From an uncultured Bacillales bacterium (GTDB taxonomy: Bacteria > Bacillota_I > Bacilli_A > RF39 > UBA660): 64,000 nt of DNA. The first letter of the stretch is position 1; the number at the start of each line of letters is the position of its first letter. Below, in pieces: positions 55,389 to 63,147 of this stretch. The position numbers and the translations under genes were made by a program. Under the pieces are notes generated by a model. It worked only from the letters and a program-made list of their open reading frames with translations. It did not search any database and was not told the DNA's origin. Where the stretch lies: assembly GCA_946534345.1 (NCBI GenBank), contig CAMNCL010000005.1, positions 435 to 64,434 of the forward strand. The letters are read 5' to 3'.

Positions 55389-58300
55389 CTAGTCTCTTAT
55401 TCTTACATAATTAACAGTATTTGATGGATTATAAATATAAGGACTATTTGCTGCTTCCATCTCAGATACTGGAATCTTTTTACCTGTTGGAGTAATTGTT
55501 GGATTACCAGAATATCCATCATAAGTAACGGAATATACAGCATAATAATCTTGTCCATCATAAGTAGTTGAGGTTAATAAATCAGTAACAGGAATAGATT
55601 CAGTACGAGGCATTGTTCTCTTTCTTAACCCAATTGCCATCATATATCTAACAGGTTGTCCACTTACTTCTGGATACTTAAAGCAATCAATAAATGAACA
55701 ATTCTTAGTAACTTCACTTGTTTCCTCTACTGTTATGTCATTACCATTAGCATCTTGTGATGTAATTTTTTTAGGACATAATTTTTCAGGTTTAAATCTA
55801 TCTTGATATTTCAATTTTTGTGTATATAAACCAACTATACCAGAAGTATCATATACTCTTTCTGATTTTAAAGCATCTTTATCATTAGGATCAGTTACTT
55901 CAGAAGCTTGAGCATAATAACACAATCCTGCAACTGTACCATTAGAACATGTACTTGCACTAATCTTTGTACCGGTAATACCTGTACCATCAGTTGTAGG
56001 AACTTGTTTATTTAAGAATGTAAAACTTCCTGCGCTTTCATCCTCTTCTATTTCAGCACAGTCATTAACAGTATGTCCTAATACAGGAGTTCCTTCAGAA
56101 ATATTTCCATAAGAATCTTGAACGAAAACATAATACTCTGTATATGTTGTTCCTACACCTTCCTCATCTACAAAGTATTGTAAATATTCATTTTTATCTT
56201 TAACATAATATACCATTCCTGAAGTAACATCATCTGCTGAAAAACCTTCTCCATTAGCTTTACCAACAAATTTTCCAGTACATTTACTCTTATTATTTTC
56301 TTGAGCAACGCATATTTTATAAGTGTCAAACTTATCATCAACATCAACACTAACTATTATTTTAGGTTTGTCTGGACTTGATCCAACAGCTTGTGTTACA
56401 CCTTCCGGTTCAGTAAAGTTTTCTTCTTCATCATCAACCAAACCATTATGATTGATATCTCTTCCCCATACTGCAGTATATGTAATTACATTTTGACTAT
56501 TGGCATTAGTGCCAGAAACATATTCTTCCACTACTGGATTCCAGTAAGAGAACACATAGTTATTATCTCTAGAGCTTGGTAGAGTAAGGCCTCCACTATA
56601 TTCAGTTGTTTCTCCCGCATATGGTGGCGTAGAATCACCCGCAGATAAATTAGAGAAAAGTGTTTTTCCTTCTACATTTTCTGTGAAATTACCATACCTT
56701 CTATTACCAGTATTACCAGTTACATATTTTACTGTATAAGTTCCAGTATCTTCACTTGGGTCAGTTGATGGGGTTGGCTCAGGTATATCCGTTCCTTCAC
56801 CTTCACCTTCATCGTTCATATCAATTTCTAATCCACCTTGGTATGTTGCAACAGCAGACTTAATAACTGGTGCTGTATCAGTATATAATTTATAAGTCTG
56901 TGCAGCCAAGTATTTACTTTGATCTGTTGATGTAACTTTTCCTAAACTATCTTTAATTCTTGCATATATAACAAAATCATGATTAGCTGATCTTGCATAT
57001 GATGCTGAATCCAATGTAATTGGATATTCATGATCATAAGTATAATCCATATAGTTTGTACATGCTATAGCACTATTTGCACTACTACTCTTTGCTCTAT
57101 AACATACTTGTACTTGTAAATTTAGTGGTAACTCATAATCATCAGTTGCGTCGACTTTATATTTAACATTTTTGGAATTGTAATATGTTGTAGATATTAC
57201 TTCACCTGCTTCATTTTTCTCTTCATAAGGTGCTACTGTTGATTCTACTGATATAGAATCTTCAACAATTGTAGGAGCTTCATTTTTGTAAACAGTATAC
57301 TCTTGTGAAACACGTGTAGTAGATTCTTCTGAGTCCATAGCATATACGTATAAAGTATGTTTAGAACCATCATAAACATTATTAATACTTTTTCCTATAT
57401 TAAATTCAAAAGTCTTTTCTGCTTCAGTAAATTTAGAATATCTAAAATACTTTCCATCTAATATACAGTCATGTACATATTCTTTAGCAGAAGTCTTTGT
57501 AGATGTACAAACTTGCTTTCTCTCACATTTACTAGCATCCTCAGTTAAACATATTAATAAATCGTCTAAATCAGGATCTTCTGAATCAATATCATCTTCT
57601 ATATCAAAATCAACTGTAACATTAGGATTTCCACTATTTAAATAAGGACAAGTATAATTAGCATGACAGTTTCCAGTTTTTGGAGTTATTTTAAAGTATC
57701 CTGTTCTTACTTCTTCTTCATCAGGAATTCCATTTCCATCTACATCTTCTTTATATTCTGCAACATAAACAATTTCACATTGGTTAGTATCCGTAGCATT
57801 AACAGATCCACAATTAGTTCTAGTAGCCATCTCAGCTTGAATAGTATCTGATAAATAAGGTTTCCATCTAGTAAATACCCAACCTTGTTGAGCTTTTGGC
57901 TTTTCAAACACTTGAGGTTCTACAGGCACTGTAGGTTCTTCAGAAGTACCTTCACCATCTTCACCAGTTTCAGGTTCTGGTTCATCCTGCTTTTCAACAT
58001 ATATTGATTTATCTCCAGCAAATTCTGGTGTTGTTGTATCTAAAGAACATCCTCTAAATAATGTTTTCCCTTCTTCACCTTCTATGAAATCACCATGTTC
58101 ACCTTTCATATACTTAACTGTGAATTTTTCATCTGCATCAGGAATATTATTCTCATTTCTATCATCTTCATGTGCTTCATCAAATTCAAATGGCTGATCA
58201 TCTACTTCTGCTGCAGGTGTACCCATAGCAAAAATTGTAGGTGGTTGATTAGCATATAATTTGTAAGTTGCCTCTAAATTTTTTGTAGCTTCATTATATG

Positions 58301-60551
58301 TATCATATACTTCTAAAACTATTTTTTTAGTTTTACCATCATGTTTACCAGGTATACGATATTCTATTCCAGATTCGTTGTTCTCAACTTTTTTAAATGT
58401 ATTATCTTGATACTCAACAGCTCCTGATTCACTAAGTATTTTAACTTTATATCTTAAATCGTCTACTTTATCAATATCATCCTTAACATTAAAGAATATT
58501 CTTGTATCCAATGAACCAGTAACTGTGTAAGACTTTGATTCTGATTTTACTTCATAGTTTGTAACTGCTGGTGCTTTATTTTTGTATAGCTTATAAGTAA
58601 CTTTATTACCAGTAGTAGCATCATAATTTGTACTACCATTACTATCTTTAGCAATAATGTAAAGTGTTTTAGTTGTACCATCATATGGAGCTGTAGTTTT
58701 ATTCTTATTGAATACATATTCATGTCCACTTACATAATTTGAGAATGGTTCAAAATTAGCAGTATTTTCAGGTCTACAGTCTGCTTTATTTTCTGACATA
58801 CAAACTTTTATTTTTCTTTCAATATCATCGTAATCTAGGTCATCATCAACAGCAAAAGAAACTGTTGCCTTTTGATTACCACCTGAACTTAAAGGACATT
58901 GTTCTTCATCATTACAAGCAAACCCATTACTCTCTACATTAATATTTGATAATACCGGAGGTTTATTTTGATATACTTTATATGCTTTAGTAACATCTTT
59001 ATAAACTCCACATTCATCAGTAAGTCTTACTGTTATATTTCTATTTTGTCCATCATATTGACCATTAATAGTAAATGGAGTTTCTGCACTTGTATCTAGC
59101 ATATCTAATTTCTTAGTAGTACTATTAGGTTCTTTTATCTCTACTTTAATTTTAGAGTTAGTTGAAACATCATCAGAGCCAACTGTTTTAACTCGAATAT
59201 TTAAACTTCCAGAAGTAACTGAATTATCCATAAATGCTTCTTTTTCAGAAGTTATTGTTACTGAATCTATTACAGGTGGATTATTTTTAGCTATAGTATA
59301 ACTAAAGACATTTTCTTTATTTATTAATCCCTTTGTATCTCTAACAAATACTCTAACATTTTTTGTTTGACCATTCATAACACATTCATTTGACTCAAAA
59401 GAATATAACATTTCATTATCTTCTTCAAACAAATCTCTATAAGGCTTATAATCTTTGCAGGTTTCTTCGCTAGTATTTTCATTGAAACATACTTCAAGAT
59501 TTCTATAATCATCAATATCATCAGAAACACTTAGTCTGAAGACTGCAGTTGGTCTATTAACTTTATCACCTACCTGTTTAGAGAAACCTGATTCTTCTTT
59601 AACAACTGTAGGTGCCCCATTTTCATGAAGTCTATAAACTATATTAGTACGGTCTTCATTTTTTTCCTTATCTCGAACAACTATAAATAAATTTACTATT
59701 GAATTATTTTCATAATTGAAATTATATGGTTTTTGATCAAAATTAAACTTTTTTGTGAAAGAATTGTTTATACCATAAGATTCACCAGTACATGTAGCAC
59801 ATAAAGCATCACTATAACTAGTTGTAGATATATATACCTTTAAAGAACTACCAGGAGAATCTTCATCTTCAACTGTTAATGTTAATGTTGCGTCTAGTGA
59901 ATTGAATGGTTTTCCTGATGTAGAAGTCAAAGTAGCTTTAGTAATAACTGGTGGTTCTAATCCTCCAGAAGATGCATCATCATCTAATTTAGGTTCATTG
60001 TATACTTTTTCAATTGAATCTACATATTGACCACCTAATCTACCATTAATATAAGTAGAATTATCAAAATGCGAATCATCAGTTACTTTAACTATATAAT
60101 TAATACCCTTTACGTACTTAGAAGCCGCATTTCTTTCATGTAATTTGGAACTGCTAGTCAATTCTATTCCTTTGTAGCCACCCTTTGGCATTTTTTCAAC
60201 TATTGCTCCAGAGTATTCTAATCTACCTCCATCGTTTTTAACAACTACATATGAGGCTTCTTTAACATATTCTCCTCTATTAGGCGCTGTATCAAAATCA
60301 CTATCATCTAAATAAACCAAACTGATTACAATACAATTTCCATCAGAAGGTTTTTCGATATCTGTATTTGCCGCTTTCATTTTATACTCTGCTTGAGCCA
60401 TTAGTTTTTGAACATCAGTAACATACATTTTATCTCTATTGCTACCTACCATTCCAGTAATCGCTGGTGCAGCAAACATAAAAATAATTCCTAATATTAC
60501 TATTGTTGCCAAAAGCTCAATTAATGTAAAACCTTTATTACCCTTTTTCAT
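55389..60551 (-). CDS. giant modular type IV pilin/pseudopilin-like surface protein (1720 aa)
   Basis: The N-terminus MKKGNKG|FTLIELLATIVILGIIFMFAAPAI is a prepilin cleavage/methylation signal with Glu at +5. About 8 repeated acidic modules end in Y-x-x-Y-x-N-x-P-P-x-I/V. Two Flg_new-like inserts are at nt ~57708..58127 and ~56421..56741. The C-terminal domain is Cys-rich. Confidence 0.8.
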   Translation of the reverse strand: MKKGNKGFTLIELLATIVILGIIFMFAAPAITGMVGSNRDKMYVTDVQKLMAQAEYKMKAANTDIEKPSDGNCIVISLVYLDDSDFDTAPNRGEYVKEASYVVVKNDGGRLEYSGAIVEKMPKGGYKGIELTSSSKLHERNAASKYVKGINYIVKVTDDSHFDNSTYINGRLGGQYVDSIEKVYNEPKLDDDASSGGLEPPVITKATLTSTSGKPFNSLDATLTLTVEDEDSPGSSLKVYISTTSYSDALCATCTGESYGINNSFTKKFNFDQKPYNFNYENNSIVNLFIVVRDKEKNEDRTNIVYRLHENGAPTVVKEESGFSKQVGDKVNRPTAVFRLSVSDDIDDYRNLEVCFNENTSEETCKDYKPYRDLFEEDNEMLYSFESNECVMNGQTKNVRVFVRDTKGLINKENVFSYTIAKNNPPVIDSVTITSEKEAFMDNSVTSGSLNIRVKTVGSDDVSTNSKIKVEIKEPNSTTKKLDMLDTSAETPFTINGQYDGQNRNITVRLTDECGVYKDVTKAYKVYQNKPPVLSNINVESNGFACNDEEQCPLSSGGNQKATVSFAVDDDLDYDDIERKIKVCMSENKADCRPENTANFEPFSNYVSGHEYVFNKNKTTAPYDGTTKTLYIIAKDSNGSTNYDATTGNKVTYKLYKNKAPAVTNYEVKSESKSYTVTGSLDTRIFFNVKDDIDKVDDLRYKVKILSESGAVEYQDNTFKKVENNESGIEYRIPGKHDGKTKKIVLEVYDTYNEATKNLEATYKLYANQPPTIFAMGTPAAEVDDQPFEFDEAHEDDRNENNIPDADEKFTVKYMKGEHGDFIEGEEGKTLFRGCSLDTTTPEFAGDKSIYVEKQDEPEPETGEDGEGTSEEPTVPVEPQVFEKPKAQQGWVFTRWKPYLSDTIQAEMATRTNCGSVNATDTNQCEIVYVAEYKEDVDGNGIPDEEEVRTGYFKITPKTGNCHANYTCPYLNSGNPNVTVDFDIEDDIDSEDPDLDDLLICLTEDASKCERKQVCTSTKTSAKEYVHDCILDGKYFRYSKFTEAEKTFEFNIGKSINNVYDGSKHTLYVYAMDSEESTTRVSQEYTVYKNEAPTIVEDSISVESTVAPYEEKNEAGEVISTTYYNSKNVKYKVDATDDYELPLNLQVQVCYRAKSSSANSAIACTNYMDYTYDHEYPITLDSASYARSANHDFVIYARIKDSLGKVTSTDQSKYLAAQTYKLYTDTAPVIKSAVATYQGGLEIDMNDEGEGEGTDIPEPTPSTDPSEDTGTYTVKYVTGNTGNRRYGNFTENVEGKTLFSNLSAGDSTPPYAGETTEYSGGLTLPSSRDNNYVFSYWNPVVEEYVSGTNANSQNVITYTAVWGRDINHNGLVDDEEENFTEPEGVTQAVGSSPDKPKIIVSVDVDDKFDTYKICVAQENNKSKCTGKFVGKANGEGFSADDVTSGMVYYVKDKNEYLQYFVDEEGVGTTYTEYYVFVQDSYGNISEGTPVLGHTVNDCAEIEEDESAGSFTFLNKQVPTTDGTGITGTKISASTCSNGTVAGLCYYAQASEVTDPNDKDALKSERVYDTSGIVGLYTQKLKYQDRFKPEKLCPKKITSQDANGNDITVEETSEVTKNCSFIDCFKYPEVSGQPVRYMMAIGLRKRTMPRTESIPVTDLLTSTTYDGQDYYAVYSVTYDGYSGNPTITPTGKKIPVSEMEAANSPYIYNPSNTVNYVRIRD

Positions 60552-60565
60552 AATACATCCTCCAA

Positions 60566-61447
60566 TTATTTTCTAAAAATTATTAATTTACTAGCTAAAT
60601 AATTAAATATGATAACTAAAATATTAGCTATTATTTTGGAGATAGTTTCATTCATATCTAGAATATCTATCATAACAAACATAGATCCAGTATCACATAC
60701 AACAAAAGATACAATTCTAAATATAATAAAACTTAGACATTCTTTAAGCATTGCTTTTTTGCTATTGCTTTTTTTATCAAAAACATATAGTTTGTTTGTA
60801 ACATAAGCAAATAAAACAGCTACACACCAAGCGATTGTATTACTTAAATATAATTCAACCCCAAAATATCGTAATAAGCAAAAAGCAAAAATATTTAACA
60901 GTGTTGTACATCCTCCAAAGAATAAATATAAAATAACTTCTTTATAGCGATTATACCAAGATGTACTGTTCGTATTTTCTATATAATTCTCTAATAATTT
61001 TATCATATTTTGTGTATTACTTACAAACTTTTTTGGCTTAAATTTATTAATTTTTTTAATTATTTTTCCCAATTCATCAAAATCTTCTAATTCAACAATA
61101 TAACCTTGCTTAGTAAACTCACCAATAATTTGTTTTTGATGATCATTATGATGCTCTTTATACTTTGCTAATCTAGCGGCTGCAATAACCTTTTTATTCT
61201 TTTTTATAGCAGATAAAATACTTCCAACCCCACCATGAGTAATTACTAGGTTGGCTTCATCCATTAACTTTTCAAATTCTGGTGCTGGTAATAAATCAAA
61301 TATTTCCATATTAGGAGATGAATACTTAGTTTGTCCTGCTTGAACAACAACTTTTTCTTTTATATCTCCATTGTCAATCGCCCTATCAACTGCTTTTAAT
61401 AATCTGGAAAAATCTTTATCTTGAGTTCCTAAAATAACTAATATCAT
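60566..61447 (-). CDS. Alg13-like glycosyltransferase subunit (Glyco_tran_28_C, PssE/Cps14G-like) fused to a GtrA-like membrane domain
   Basis: The N-terminal half carries MILVILGTQDKDF ... VITHGGVGSILSAI. The C-terminal ~125 aa have 4 TM helices with YLFFGGCTTLLNIFAF ... VTNKLYVF, which is GtrA-like. The start ATG at 61447 overlaps the upstream stop (TAATG). Confidence 0.75.
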   Translation of the reverse strand: MILVILGTQDKDFSRLLKAVDRAIDNGDIKEKVVVQAGQTKYSSPNMEIFDLLPAPEFEKLMDEANLVITHGGVGSILSAIKKNKKVIAAARLAKYKEHHNDHQKQIIGEFTKQGYIVELEDFDELGKIIKKINKFKPKKFVSNTQNMIKLLENYIENTNSTSWYNRYKEVILYLFFGGCTTLLNIFAFCLLRYFGVELYLSNTIAWCVAVLFAYVTNKLYVFDKKSNSKKAMLKECLSFIIFRIVSFVVCDTGSMFVMIDILDMNETISKIIANILVIIFNYLASKLIIFRK

Positions 61448-61923
61448 TAGTAAATCCACCCCCCAAATTCTGCATCAGGGTATAGATCCTTCATACTTTC
61501 CCATTGAACAATAAATTTATCTGCAATAGGATATATCAATTTACCTGTCGCAGTTTTAGTAACCATATTCGCAAATGTTTCTATATAGATTATCTTAGTT
61601 CCAAATATTTTACCAATACAGCACATTGGCCCAGCAGTATGAACACCAGTAGTAATTATATAATCTGGTCTAAATTTCAAATAATAATACAAACTAATAA
61701 AACAATTTGCTAATAATTTAAAGGGATACGAAAAGATATGGTGTTTTGTTCCATAGATTAAAAATCTTACTCGGTCACCATATTTTTTCTTTAAATATAG
61801 ATTAGACTTAGTCTTTTCAGTAATTAAAGAATAATCATATTTCTTAAACATCTTTTCTAGCTGTAATAATTCATTTAAATGTCCACCAGTTGAAGAAATA
61901 AACATAACTCTTCTTTTAGTCAT
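61447..61923 (-). CDS. Alg14-like glycosyltransferase membrane-anchor subunit (PssD/Cps14F-like)
   Basis: ~158 aa. VMFISSTGGHLNELLQL and ITTGVHTAGPMC motifs are present. It pairs with the Alg13-like gene. Confidence 0.75.
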   Translation of the reverse strand: MTKRRVMFISSTGGHLNELLQLEKMFKKYDYSLITEKTKSNLYLKKKYGDRVRFLIYGTKHHIFSYPFKLLANCFISLYYYLKFRPDYIITTGVHTAGPMCCIGKIFGTKIIYIETFANMVTKTATGKLIYPIADKFIVQWESMKDLYPDAEFGGWIY

Positions 61924-63064
61924 AAATATCACTCTCTTCTATTAGTGTAATCCATTCTTCTCCAACTATATCACTTGTGTATTTCTTCACACTATTTCTA
62001 GCTTGTTTACCAATTCTTATTCTTTCACTTTTATTATTAATTAAATCTTCTATTTTCATTATCATAGCATCAAAATTTCGATTTTTAATTAAATAACCAT
62101 TATCTCCACTATTTATAATTTCTCTTGCTCCTTCTGCAGAATCAAATGCAATACAAGGAACACCATGACTCATAGCTTCAATCAATACAATTCCAAATGA
62201 TTCAGTATATGATGTCATCAAGTAAATAGCAGAATCATCTAGTATTTTATCAATATAATCTTTTCCTTGAAAACCATGAAGTATAACTTTACCATTAAGA
62301 TTATTATCTTCAATATACTTCTTTAATTTGTCTTTTTGTACCCCATCTCCAATAATATCTAGAACCCAATCAGGATTCTTTTTACTTAAACGATTAAATA
62401 TTTTAAGTAAATCCAAATAACCTTTTTCAGGAGATAGTCTTCCTACAGAAACAAGTCTTTTATTAGTCAAGGTTGCACTTTTTTTAGGTAATTTATCAAT
62501 AGAATTAGGTATGTATATACACATACAATTACTATTACGTAATTTTTCAGCATAGAATTTTTGTAACTCAGAAGAAACTAATACTAAATAATCTAAGTTC
62601 TTTGCACTATTAGATACTTTTTCTGCATACTTCATATTTTCATGGAAATGATTATGTTCCCATCCAATTTTTAAAATTCCATCCTGACAATAACCACTTA
62701 CCCAATAATTAAAAATATCTCTAGTTGAAATAATTACATCACAATCAGTATTCCTTATATAATCAACCATTGTTTTTTTTCGATAATATAAGACTTTTGT
62801 AGAAAATATTAATTCTCTTATAATTTTAATAATATTTTTACTCTTTAAAGCATTTCTTAAAGATTCATGATTTGGCTTCAAATTCTTATTTAAATATTTT
62901 ACTTTTACTTTATCTTTTAATTCAAAAACACTATTATCATAAAGCTTGTAACATACAGCTATTTCTACTTCATATTTTTCACACAAGGTATTGGCCAAAT
63001 TAACAACACACTTTTCAATTCCTCCATACCCTAAATGTAAGGCTAAAATAGAGATTTTTTTCAT
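61916..63064 (-). CDS. glycosyltransferase family 4 (GT-B, Glycos_transf_1)
   Basis: 382 aa. VGRLSPEKGYLDLLKIF and SYTESFGIVLIEAMSHGVPCIAFDSAEGAREII form the EX7E region. Confidence 0.9.
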   Translation of the reverse strand: MKKISILALHLGYGGIEKCVVNLANTLCEKYEVEIAVCYKLYDNSVFELKDKVKVKYLNKNLKPNHESLRNALKSKNIIKIIRELIFSTKVLYYRKKTMVDYIRNTDCDVIISTRDIFNYWVSGYCQDGILKIGWEHNHFHENMKYAEKVSNSAKNLDYLVLVSSELQKFYAEKLRNSNCMCIYIPNSIDKLPKKSATLTNKRLVSVGRLSPEKGYLDLLKIFNRLSKKNPDWVLDIIGDGVQKDKLKKYIEDNNLNGKVILHGFQGKDYIDKILDDSAIYLMTSYTESFGIVLIEAMSHGVPCIAFDSAEGAREIINSGDNGYLIKNRNFDAMIMKIEDLINNKSERIRIGKQARNSVKKYTSDIVGEEWITLIEESDIYD

Positions 63065-63081
63065 ATTATCACCCTATTCAT

Positions 63082-63109
63082 ATTATAGCATTATTTATTA
63101 TTAATTCAA
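63082..63109 (-). promoter_or_regulatory. sigma-A-type promoter of the glycosyltransferase/giant-pilin block
   Basis: The minus strand has TTGAAT (63109..63104), a 16-nt spacer and TATAAT (63087..63082), followed by AGGGTGA and the GT4 ATG. Confidence 0.5.
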
Positions 63110-63122
63110 AGAAAATACAAAT

Positions 63123-63147
63123 AAAAAAAGCATTCATAGAATGCTTT
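63123..63147 (-). terminator. rho-independent terminator after the Pro/Ala/Met-rich gene
   Basis: Minus strand reads AAAGCAUUC-UAU-GAAUGCUUU followed by U7. Confidence 0.65.

Noticed and set aside
62773-62780. An A8/T8 homopolymer inside the GT4 glycosyltransferase gene as a slipped-strand phase-variation switch
   Set aside because: Runs of 7-10 A/T are common throughout this AT-rich window, including in terminators and intergenic DNA. Eight nt is short for a contingency locus.
49785-63064. A type IV pilus or competence pseudopilus operon
   Set aside because: Only one prepilin-type protein is present. No assembly ATPase, platform protein, prepilin peptidase or minor pilin set lies in the window. 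The neighbouring single-TM proteins lack the G|F-x-x-x-E signal.
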